A DNA stretch of 64,000 nt from a virus. Lineage: Duplodnaviria > Caudoviricetes. Where the stretch lies: positions 545 through 64,544 of the IMG/VR virus record IMGVR_UViG_3300020596_000001, one strand, 5' to 3'. Within the stretch, counting starts at the first letter, position 1, and each line of letters starts with the position of its first letter. Below the pieces are notes generated by a model. That model was not told the DNA's origin. It saw nothing but the letters and a program-made list of their open reading frames with translations, and made no database searches. Position numbers and translations under genes: made by a program. Of this stretch, positions 1 through 8,465 are shown in pieces.

Positions 1-197
1 TACTCACTGGACAGCGCGGCACCATCAGCCAGCGACCGAACGGGCTTTATGAGGTTCGGCTGAATTCAAGGCAGTGGGCAAGCATTGACGATGCAAAGCG
101 CGGGATCGTGGACTACAACGACACGGCCTATTGCGTCACCGTAAAGAACCACGCCATCTATGTCCGGACTGACGGTGTCGCCGCGTTTACAGGAAAT
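1..197 (+). mobile_element. C-terminal part of intein (LAGLIDADG block-H-like segment, blocks F and G)
   Basis: Translation LTGQRGTISQRPNGLYEVRL...DTAYCVTVKNHAIYVRTDGVAAFTGN|S; terminal Asn at 195-197, Ser+1 at 198-200. Confidence 0.85.
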
Positions 198-3100
198 AGT
201 AACTACAGGGAAGTGCTGTTGACGCTGCCAGTGAAGGAGGGCCGCGCATGGGTTGACCGGCAGGGACAAGTGAAGCAGTGGGTTCAGGACGAGCCGACTG
301 CAGAAGTGCGCAAGGCCCTGGAGGCAACAGGCCATACGCTCAAGACAATCCCTCTGACGGATGCGCCCGGCACGTACAAGTCAGGCCACTGGGACCAGCC
401 CAACGTCCTGGCCCACATCCGCGTCAACGATAGGGTGGATGCTGACGGGAAGCGCGTGCTGTTCGTCGAGGAAATCCAGAGCGACTGGGGGCAGGCCGGG
501 AGGGAGAAGGGGTTCAAAACCGATTACAAGTCCACTCTCCCAAAAATCACAGCAAAGCGATTGACCGGAAAGGAGTTTGTAGAAGATCGGTCCATGCCGC
601 AAGCTGCTGCAAAGGCTTGGCTTGATGGTCGCAACGACATACAGCGTGACCTTGGAAGGCCGCTAAACACCCTTGATGACGTCTTTACGGTGTTGTACGA
701 AGATGGATTCCCTAAGATCGTCAAGGACGGAGCAGTTGACCCCGAAGAGTTGGCAGTCCGTCACGCCAAGAAGTATCAAGCTATGCTCAACGAAGCCCAG
801 CGGCACCATGATGCAAATCAGAGTGGTCGGGTCCCCAATGCCCCCTTCGTCGGCAAGACCGATGCCTGGGTCAGCCTGGCCATCAAGCGTGTGGTGAAGC
901 TGGCCGTCGATGGCGGGTATGACCGGGTAGCGTTTGTCAACGGGGAGCAAAGCGCGGCGCGGTACGATCTTTCCAAGCAGGTCGATAGCATCGACTACCG
1001 CAAGAAAGGCGATGACAAGTTCGACATGGTCGTTATGGCGACTGATGGCCGCACTGAGGCCTTTCGTGAAGACGGCATCGGAGTCGCGCGCATCGAGGAA
1101 GTCGTAGGCAAGGAAATCGCACAGAAGATTGCCAACGGCGAAGGGCAGCGCGGGCGCGGCAGCGACACAGTCACCCTGCGCGGCCTAGACCTCAAGGTAG
1201 GCGGCGAAGGCATGAAGGCCTTCTACGACAAGATCGTCCCCAACATCACGAAGGACGTGCTGCGTCGTCTGGGCGGCGGGGCGATGGAAAGTGTCGGCAT
1301 TACCGCAGACAGCAATGGCTGGCACATCACGCCACCAAGTCAAACGGCAAGTGGCCGATGGATGCTCAAGAGCAGCGACTACAACTCCAAGGGCCTGCAG
1401 TTCGATACCGAGGCAGAAGCAAAGGCCGCGCTGACTGAAAAGCAAGGCTCACTGACGCAGCCATCGTTCACCATCACCCCTGCCATGCAAGAGCGCGCAG
1501 CCGACGGCGTTCCCCTGTTCCGCCGTGGCGCCCAGTCCACCGGCATGACGGTCGACAACGCCCGCAACATCATCGCCCCCGTCGCCCGTCGCCTGAACAT
1601 CGACGTTCGCGTGGTGGCAACCCCTGCCGACCTGCCGATCAAGGCACCTAGCGACGTGCGCGCCCTGTACATCAATGGCGACATCTACGTGGTCGCTGGC
1701 AACGTCAAGACCCGCCTGGACGTACTCAAGGCCGTCGGGCACGAGGCCATTGGGCACCTGGGCCTGCGTGCACTTCTTGGAAGCGCCGACCACGACAAGA
1801 TGATGGCCCAGATGCAGCTTGCCCTGAAGATGGGTAACAAGCCGCTGCGAGAACTGCAGGCCGGCGTGCGCAAGGCCTACGTGAACGAGAACGGTGAGTT
1901 CAACCTGACGCCGGGCCAAGAAGCCGACGAGATCGCCGCAGCAGCCGTGGAGCAGGCCATCGACCCGGTGACCGGCGAGTTCCGGCCAGGGTACGGGTTC
2001 TTGAAAGGCCTGTTCGCCAAGATGGCTGAGTGGCTGCGCTCGGTCGGGATCAACGTGTCGTTCACGAACCTGGAGCTGCAAGGGGCCCTGGTCAATGCGC
2101 AGCGCAACCTGATGGATGGGGCGCGGGAGGCGCAGGGGGGTGCGGTGGCGGCGGCGCGGGGCAACAACAAGGAATTGACAGATGATCAATCAAGAAAAGA
2201 CATCGAAGCACTGCGCAAAGGTGTTGCCAGCAAGGTCGGCGACATTGCGCCCGGAACATTCAAGGCCGTCAGGCTACCCGAAGCGATGCATCTCAATCGA
2301 ATTGCGAAAGCATTCGGCAAGCGAGTCGTTGGGTTTTCCGTCGATACCGCCAACAGCGGAGCAGTGGGAGACATTCTGGGGGTGACGGGCACAAAACCCA
2401 TCGACAGCGCCATGTCCCGCACCGGCCAGGACCAGACCGACACCGCTGCGTTCAAGGCATGGTTTGGCGACAGCAAAGTGGTGGATGCCGATGGCAATCC
2501 GCTGGTGGTTTATCACGGGACCAACCAGAGCTTCGATGAATTTGACAACGGCAGGATCGGCGCGAATTTCCCTAATGTGTCGCGCGCCTTCTATTTTTCA
2601 GGGACTCCGGAGGGGGCCGTTGCTTACGCGCTAGACCCCGCTGGCGCAACTCGCGCACGGCCCGGTATACCCGGAATATTCACCGGCTCGCCTGCGAATG
2701 CCGGTACTGGCGGCTCAAACATAATGCCCGTATACCTACAGATAAAAAACCCGCTACGAAAGACGGCTCTAGGCAACTTCTCGCCTGAGCAGTGGCTGGA
2801 TAAACACCGAGAAAAACTGCTGGAGCAGGCAAGCGTGGGTGGATACGATGGCATAGTTATCGAAGCTGGTAAATATTTCGGCGACCGAGGGGCCGTCTAC
2901 GCCGTGCTGGGCGCCACGCAAATCAAATCCGCCATCGGTAATTCTGGCGCCTTCGACCCCAAGAACCCAGACATCCGCTATGCCCGCAGTGTGGTGACCG
3001 GGCAGCCGTTGCCAAAGGCCTGGCAAGCACCAGATGCAAGCCGCCTGGACGATTTCATCTACTCCATGCAGGACAAGCATGTCGACACCAAGCGGGTTGT

Positions 3101-5705
3101 CACTGCCGTGCGCGATGCCATCGGCTCAATTGCCGACAACCTTGACCCGTACCTGCAGGAAGAGCTCTACCACGGTCGCGCCGCAATGGCGACCAAGGAG
3201 TTTCTGGAAAAGAGCTTCCGACCGTTGGCGATAGAAATGCAACTGCGCAGCGTGGAGATGTCCGACTTCGAGGAATACCTGCACAACCGCCATGCCCAAC
3301 GGCGAAACGAGCAGGTCGCCAAGGTCAATCCGAAAATGCCCGACGGTGGCAGCGGCATCAAAACGGCTGACGCGCAGACATACCTTGCAGGGTTGCCACA
3401 GGACAAGCGCACGGCGTACCAGTCCATGGCGCGCAAGGTCGATCAGATCAACCGGGACACGCGCGCTCTGCTTATCTCCAGCGGTTTGGAGAAGCAGGAA
3501 ACCATCGACGCATGGCAAGCAGCCTACGGCGACGAGTACGTGCCACTGATGCGCGAGGAAATGGACGTCGGTGCATCGGGCATCGGTCAGGGCTTCAGCG
3601 TGCGTGGCGGCTCCAGCAAGCGCGCCATGGGCAGCGACAAGCCGGTGGCCAACATCCTGGCCAACATCGCCCTGCAGCGCGAGAAAGCCATCACCCGATC
3701 CGAGAAGCAACGCATCGGGCAGGCACTGTACGGGATGGTCCTGTCGGCGCCGAACGATGACTTCTGGTTCGCAGTGGACCCGGCGCTCGAGCAGAGCCCG
3801 GCGCAGATCACGGCTACGGCCATGCAGTTGATCAGCCTTGGGCTGAACCCTGCCGATGCCCAGGCAATCGCATCCGAGCCGCGCCAGCGGTACATTGACC
3901 CGCGCACCAACCAGGTCGCCGAGCGCATCAACCCGGCCCTTCGTGGGTCAGACAATGCGCTGGCGGTGCGGATCGACGGCGAGGACAAGTATGTGTTCTT
4001 CAATGCCAAGGACGAGCGCGCCATGCGGATGGCCAAGGCCTTGAAGAATCTGGACGCCGACCAGCTGGGCCAGGTCATGGGAACCGTGTCCAAGATGACC
4101 CGGTACTTCTCTGCAATAAACACCCAGTACAACCCAATCTTCGGGGTGGTGAACGTCACGCGCGACATCCAAACCGCGCTGCTGAACCTGCAATCGACCC
4201 CGCTCAAAGGCAAGCAGGCCGCCGTGATGAAGCATGTCGGAAGTGCGCTGCGCGGGATCTACATCGATCTACGCGACCGCCGCGCCGGCAAGCAACCCAC
4301 ATCGGCATGGGCTTCAACCTTCGAGGACTTCCAGCGCGACGGCGGCGCAACCGGGTTTCGGGATATGTACGCCAATGCAGAGGACCGAACGGACGCCATC
4401 GTGAGCGAACTCAAGGCGATCAAGGCCGGCACTGCCATGAAGGTCGGGCGCGGCATCATGGGATGGCTGTCGGACTACAACGAGTCGATGGAGAACGCAG
4501 TACGGGTTGCCGCCTACAAGGTGGGAAAAGAGAACGGCATGAGCGGCGAGCAGGCGGCAAGCCTGGCCAAGAACCTCACGGTAAATTTTAACCGCAAGGG
4601 ACAGGTCGCGTTGCAGGCCGGCGCGCTGTATGCGTTCTTCAATGCGTCCGTTCAGGGTACGGCGCGGATTGCTCAGACAATGTTCGTCGACGGCAAACTG
4701 TCGAAGTTGGGTCAACGCATCCTCACAGGCGGCTTGATTCTGGGCTCCATGCAGGCACTACTGTTGGCGGCAGCCGGGTTCGATGACGACGAACCGCCAG
4801 ACTTCGTGCGCGAGCGCAGCCTGATCATCCCGATTGGCGGGGCCAAGTACATCTCCATTCCGATGCCGCTGGGCTTTCACGTCATCCCCAACCTTTCCCG
4901 CATCCCCACCGAGTGGGCCATGGGCGGATTCAAGGACACGCCCAAGCGGATCGGGCAAATGGTCGGTCTGTTTGCTGATGCGTTCAACCCTATCGGGTCC
5001 GCTGGCCTGTCGCTGCAGACGCTGACTCCTACCATCATCGACCCATTGGCGGCGTTGTCTGAGAACAAGGACTTCACCGGCAAACCGATCGCCAAAAAGG
5101 ACTTCAGTTCAATGAACCCGACGGCAGGGCACACCAGGGCCAAGGACACGGCAACGCCATGGGCCAAGGCGATCTCCTACGGGGTCAACTTCCTGACGGG
5201 CGGCACCGACTACAAACCAGGACTGGTGAGCCCGACCCCGGACCAGATCGACTACCTGATTGGGCAGATCACGGGCGGCGTTGGGCGCGAGGCCGGCAAG
5301 GTTGCCCAAGTTGCCGGCAGTGGCGTGTCTGGTGAGGAGTTGCCTCTGTACAAGATACCTCTGCTGGGTCGATTCGTGGGCACCACAGAGGGAAAATCAG
5401 CCGAGTCGTCGCGGTTCTATTCGAACATGAAGAAGATTGGCGAGCACGACACGGAGCTGACCGGGCTGCGCAAGGACAGCAAGATGGCCGAGGCGATGGC
5501 CTACCTGCGCGAGAACCAGGAGGCGCGATTGGTACCTATGGCAGAACGCACGTACCGCGAGGTGTCAAAGATGAATGCCTTGAAGCGCACCATGGTCAAT
5601 AACGATGCGCCAGCGGATCAGGTCAAGGACATGGAAGAGCGGATCACTGCGCGCATGAAGGCGTTCAACGCCATGGTCGAATCGATGCGGGAACCGACTA
5701 CCTGA
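1..5705 (+). CDS. C-terminal part of giant polyvalent internal virion/ejection protein (intein C-terminus, zincin-like HExxxH metallopeptidase motif, ART-PolyVal-like ADP-ribosyltransferase domain, LPD38-like C-terminus); 5'-partial, continues from 59851
   Basis: Frame is open from position 3, upstream of the track's start at 108. Motifs: GHWDQPNVLAHIR..FVEEIQSDW; HEAIGHLG (~1740); FKAWFGDSKVVD..PLVVYHGT..FYFS..MPVYLQIKNP..GYDGIVI..QIKSAIGNSGAFD (~2430-2985); AKNLTVNFNRKG..LYAFFNASVQG..IPMPLG..NKDFTGKPI. Confidence 0.85.
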   Translation, partial: LTGQRGTISQRPNGLYEVRLNSRQWASIDDAKRGIVDYNDTAYCVTVKNHAIYVRTDGVAAFTGNSNYREVLLTLPVKEGRAWVDRQGQVKQWVQDEPTAEVRKALEATGHTLKTIPLTDAPGTYKSGHWDQPNVLAHIRVNDRVDADGKRVLFVEEIQSDWGQAGREKGFKTDYKSTLPKITAKRLTGKEFVEDRSMPQAAAKAWLDGRNDIQRDLGRPLNTLDDVFTVLYEDGFPKIVKDGAVDPEELAVRHAKKYQAMLNEAQRHHDANQSGRVPNAPFVGKTDAWVSLAIKRVVKLAVDGGYDRVAFVNGEQSAARYDLSKQVDSIDYRKKGDDKFDMVVMATDGRTEAFREDGIGVARIEEVVGKEIAQKIANGEGQRGRGSDTVTLRGLDLKVGGEGMKAFYDKIVPNITKDVLRRLGGGAMESVGITADSNGWHITPPSQTASGRWMLKSSDYNSKGLQFDTEAEAKAALTEKQGSLTQPSFTITPAMQERAADGVPLFRRGAQSTGMTVDNARNIIAPVARRLNIDVRVVATPADLPIKAPSDVRALYINGDIYVVAGNVKTRLDVLKAVGHEAIGHLGLRALLGSADHDKMMAQMQLALKMGNKPLRELQAGVRKAYVNENGEFNLTPGQEADEIAAAAVEQAIDPVTGEFRPGYGFLKGLFAKMAEWLRSVGINVSFTNLELQGALVNAQRNLMDGAREAQGGAVAAARGNNKELTDDQSRKDIEALRKGVASKVGDIAPGTFKAVRLPEAMHLNRIAKAFGKRVVGFSVDTANSGAVGDILGVTGTKPIDSAMSRTGQDQTDTAAFKAWFGDSKVVDADGNPLVVYHGTNQSFDEFDNGRIGANFPNVSRAFYFSGTPEGAVAYALDPAGATRARPGIPGIFTGSPANAGTGGSNIMPVYLQIKNPLRKTALGNFSPEQWLDKHREKLLEQASVGGYDGIVIEAGKYFGDRGAVYAVLGATQIKSAIGNSGAFDPKNPDIRYARSVVTGQPLPKAWQAPDASRLDDFIYSMQDKHVDTKRVVTAVRDAIGSIADNLDPYLQEELYHGRAAMATKEFLEKSFRPLAIEMQLRSVEMSDFEEYLHNRHAQRRNEQVAKVNPKMPDGGSGIKTADAQTYLAGLPQDKRTAYQSMARKVDQINRDTRALLISSGLEKQETIDAWQAAYGDEYVPLMREEMDVGASGIGQGFSVRGGSSKRAMGSDKPVANILANIALQREKAITRSEKQRIGQALYGMVLSAPNDDFWFAVDPALEQSPAQITATAMQLISLGLNPADAQAIASEPRQRYIDPRTNQVAERINPALRGSDNALAVRIDGEDKYVFFNAKDERAMRMAKALKNLDADQLGQVMGTVSKMTRYFSAINTQYNPIFGVVNVTRDIQTALLNLQSTPLKGKQAAVMKHVGSALRGIYIDLRDRRAGKQPTSAWASTFEDFQRDGGATGFRDMYANAEDRTDAIVSELKAIKAGTAMKVGRGIMGWLSDYNESMENAVRVAAYKVGKENGMSGEQAASLAKNLTVNFNRKGQVALQAGALYAFFNASVQGTARIAQTMFVDGKLSKLGQRILTGGLILGSMQALLLAAAGFDDDEPPDFVRERSLIIPIGGAKYISIPMPLGFHVIPNLSRIPTEWAMGGFKDTPKRIGQMVGLFADAFNPIGSAGLSLQTLTPTIIDPLAALSENKDFTGKPIAKKDFSSMNPTAGHTRAKDTATPWAKAISYGVNFLTGGTDYKPGLVSPTPDQIDYLIGQITGGVGREAGKVAQVAGSGVSGEELPLYKIPLLGRFVGTTEGKSAESSRFYSNMKKIGEHDTELTGLRKDSKMAEAMAYLRENQEARLVPMAERTYREVSKMNALKRTMVNNDAPADQVKDMEERITARMKAFNAMVESMREPTT

Positions 5706-5847
5706 AGATCGGGTGGACAAAGATCAGGATGGGCGAGAGCAAGATGGCCAGCACCATGGCTATCCAGATCAGGTTCATGGTCTCCTTGGGCGTCACGGCG
5801 ACGACCAACAAGAATCCAGCGAATAACAGGGCGGCGAGAAATTCCAC
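5698..5847 (-). CDS. Small membrane protein with two hydrophobic segments (49 aa; alternative start at 5778 gives 26 aa)
   Basis: Manual translation MEFLAALLFAGFLLVVAVTPKETMNLIWIAMVLAILLSPILIFVHPIFR; AAGGAG just upstream of the internal ATG at 5778; below the ORF-track length cutoff. Confidence 0.5.
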   Translation of the reverse strand: MEFLAALLFAGFLLVVAVTPKETMNLIWIAMVLAILLSPILIFVHPIFR

Positions 5848-5950
5848 GCCCACATGATACGTCCTGTGGTTGCATCCAGTAAAATAGCGAGGCCGACAAC
5901 GACTACCAATCGATGCCGGCCTCTGACCAATCAGACTATGAAGGAGTCAT

Positions 5951-6658
5951 ATGGCTCGGGCCTATTCTACGCAGCATGGCATGCGCAAGCGCTGTTCCAA
6001 ATGCCTGCAGGAACTCACTCTGGACCGGTTCTACAAGTCCAACCAAACCCCTGACCGACTCAATTCCAGATGCGCCCCGTGTCAAACGACGGCGGTGCGC
6101 GAATGCATGGAGCGCAAGGATAAGGCTGGTATCCCGAGAATAACCAAAGCCCAAAAGGCGGCTACGCTTGCGCGAAGAAAGAATTACTACCAGAAAGACC
6201 CTCAAAAGTACCGCGACCGCGCTACGGCTTATGCAAGAGAGAACCCGGAGAAAGTTAGATCATCGGCACGGCTGACGCGACACAAAAGATCGGATCAGAT
6301 GCGCGCCTATTTCGCAAATTACTACATAGAAAACAAGGACCGCATCAGGGCAAATGTTACCGCGAGGGTTCAAGCACTTGGCTCGGCAATGCTGCCAATT
6401 TATGCGGCCCAGACAATGAAGCGGTATGCTGGGAAAGTAAAGGCCACGCCAGCATGGGCAAGCCAGAAGGCAATCCGGCTGGTTTACCAGGAAGCCGTAG
6501 CCGTCACGCTCAAAACCGGCGTGCGCCACGAGGTCGACCACATTGTTCCTATCATGAGCAAGAAGGTATGTGGGCTTCATGTTGAGCACAACCTACAGAT
6601 CCTTGAAAAGATTGCCAACATCAGGAAGGGCAATCGTCACTGGCCCGACATGCCGTAG
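5951..6658 (+). CDS. HNH homing endonuclease with N-terminal Zn finger
   Basis: CSKC..CAPC at the N-terminus; HEVDHIVPI..VCGLHVEHNLQIL..NIRKGNR; AAGGAG RBS. Confidence 0.85.
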   Translation: MARAYSTQHGMRKRCSKCLQELTLDRFYKSNQTPDRLNSRCAPCQTTAVRECMERKDKAGIPRITKAQKAATLARRKNYYQKDPQKYRDRATAYARENPEKVRSSARLTRHKRSDQMRAYFANYYIENKDRIRANVTARVQALGSAMLPIYAAQTMKRYAGKVKATPAWASQKAIRLVYQEAVAVTLKTGVRHEVDHIVPIMSKKVCGLHVEHNLQILEKIANIRKGNRHWPDMP

Positions 6659-6726
6659 CCGGCGTGTACCTGAGCAAGTCCCGCCAAGACGCCATGGAAG
6701 CTGGAGCGTTCGGGATGCCTTGACCG

Positions 6727-6771
6727 TTGCCCCCGGCGATTCTCGCCAAACAGTAGGCCGGCGGGCAAAGT
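6727..6771 (+). promoter_or_regulatory. Putative late promoter motif, copy 1
   Basis: TTGCCCCCGGC-GATTCTC-GCCAAA-N15-CAAAGT, upstream of 6799. Confidence 0.7.
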
Positions 6772-6798
6772 GCGCTCCATCCTATAGGAGCGAACACC

Positions 6799-7206
6799 AT
6801 GGCACTTCAACTCTCTGTCGCTGTGCGCAATGCGCGGCTCGATGCGATCGAAACCGCTACCGGCACCTCTGCGATTCTCAAGATTCGCAGCGGCACTGTC
6901 CCGGCCACTTGCGCCACGGCTGATGCTGGCACTGCGCTGGCGACGTGCTCGCTGGTATCTGACTACATGTCCGCCGCTTCTGCCGGGTCCAAGGCAAAGC
7001 TGGGCACATGGGAGGACACAAGCGCGGACGCTACCGGCACCGCTGCCCACTTCCGACTGTACGCATCGGACGGCTCGACCTGCCATGCGCAGGGTACGGT
7101 GACAGTCACGGGTGGCGGCGGCGACATGACGGTGGATAACACCTCGTTCGTTGCTACGCAGGCCTTCACGGTCACCGCTTTCACGTTAACGGATGGAAAT
7201 GCATAG
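6799..7206 (+). CDS. Virion structural protein (paralog of 50726..51502)
   Basis: Thr/Ala/Gly-rich beta protein, RNARLDAI..GTAAHFRLY..GDMTVDNTSFVA; AGGAG RBS; late-gene context. Confidence 0.6.
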   Translation: MALQLSVAVRNARLDAIETATGTSAILKIRSGTVPATCATADAGTALATCSLVSDYMSAASAGSKAKLGTWEDTSADATGTAAHFRLYASDGSTCHAQGTVTVTGGGGDMTVDNTSFVATQAFTVTAFTLTDGNA

Positions 7207-7209
7207 ATC

Positions 7210-7464
7210 ATGCGCCACTGGCTGACTCAGGTGGCGATTGCCATCGACCAGCTGCTCAACGCCCTGTTGCGCGGGTGGGCCGACGAGACGCTATCGAGCC
7301 GGGCCTGGCGAATGTGGGTGAAGGGCAAGCCAATGGGGCTTTTCTGGAAGCCATTGATCGATACGCTTTTCTGGTTTCAGGCGCGGGACTTCAACCACTG
7401 CCAACGCAGCTATGAGAACGAAAAACGCCGGTATAACTCGCCCGCTGAAATGAGGTCCACATGA
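7210..7464 (+). CDS. Conserved phage hypothetical protein
   Basis: DQLLNALLRGWADETLSSRAWR..IDTLF..HC motif, typical of small tail-region proteins. Confidence 0.6.
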   Translation: MRHWLTQVAIAIDQLLNALLRGWADETLSSRAWRMWVKGKPMGLFWKPLIDTLFWFQARDFNHCQRSYENEKRRYNSPAEMRST

Positions 7465-7949
7465 CACCAGAACAAATACGATCAGCAATTGCCGCGTCGC
7501 CAGAGTTGAAGGCGCTCGGGAAGGACCCGACAGCACTTGCAGCGGCGCTGTCGATTGGACGCACGAAGCAGGACGGCGTAACGCGATTCGCAAGCCTTGG
7601 CATCGCAGCGGGCTTCCCTGCGCTATCTGGCTTGCCTGGGCCATTGGCCGCTGAAATGGTGCTGCAAAAGCTGGAGGGGTTCGCCGTGGCGGCGCAGCAA
7701 TCGGCGGACGCAGCAACCAAGCTACTTGGCGCTGCTACGGCGCGGCAGATGGGACACCTTGCGGGTTTTGGCATGGCCATCGGATCACCCGCAGTAGCCG
7801 CGATGCTCAGCGTGATTGTGCAAGCCGGTGCGCTGTCGCAAGCCGAAGCTGATGCATTGACAAGCATTGCGGCAGTGCCTGACCCGGTGAACGAATCTGA
7901 TGTTCGACATGCTTGCTACGATGCAGGCGGAAAGGTCTGGGTGGCCTAA
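7461..7949 (+). CDS. Hypothetical protein (tail/appendage module)
   Basis: ATGA overlap with the upstream gene; continuous operon. Confidence 0.6.
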   Translation: MTPEQIRSAIAASPELKALGKDPTALAAALSIGRTKQDGVTRFASLGIAAGFPALSGLPGPLAAEMVLQKLEGFAVAAQQSADAATKLLGAATARQMGHLAGFGMAIGSPAVAAMLSVIVQAGALSQAEADALTSIAAVPDPVNESDVRHACYDAGGKVWVA

Positions 7950-8462
7950 ATGCCAACGACATTCACCAACGCGGCGGTAGCGACTCTTTCAACACTCGTT
8001 ACGGGTGTTGCTACCACTGGCCTGCGCAACCTTGCGAACAACACCTCAAGGCTTGGCGGCGAGATTACACCCACCATTGCGGCGCCGGAGCTTTACAGCC
8101 TGCCGCAACTGACGGCCAAATTCGTATCGACGTTCCCGGTTGCCAACGCGACCGTGCTGCATTGCTGGTTCATCGAGGCAAAGTACAACGGGGCGACCTG
8201 GGAATACCCCACCATCGGCGCATCGTCGGACGGCAGTACGACAGTTTTCCCGGCATGGTCGCCTGACTTCATCTTCACGTGGGACGCTGGGTCTCTGCAC
8301 GCTGGCGCGCCTGACCTCATGCAATCCATCCCGCGTGTAGTGGCGCGCCCTGCTGGCCGGTTCAAGGTGCTGGTTCGCAACGTAAGTGGGTTCGCTACTG
8401 CCAACGCGAACGACACCGACACGATCCTCAAAGAGTCCACGATCAACGAACTTGGCACGTAA
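7950..8462 (+). CDS. Putative virion structural protein
   Basis: Abuts the upstream stop; beta-rich; precedes the LamG protein. Confidence 0.55.
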   Translation: MPTTFTNAAVATLSTLVTGVATTGLRNLANNTSRLGGEITPTIAAPELYSLPQLTAKFVSTFPVANATVLHCWFIEAKYNGATWEYPTIGASSDGSTTVFPAWSPDFIFTWDAGSLHAGAPDLMQSIPRVVARPAGRFKVLVRNVSGFATANANDTDTILKESTINELGT

Positions 8463-8465
8463 ACC

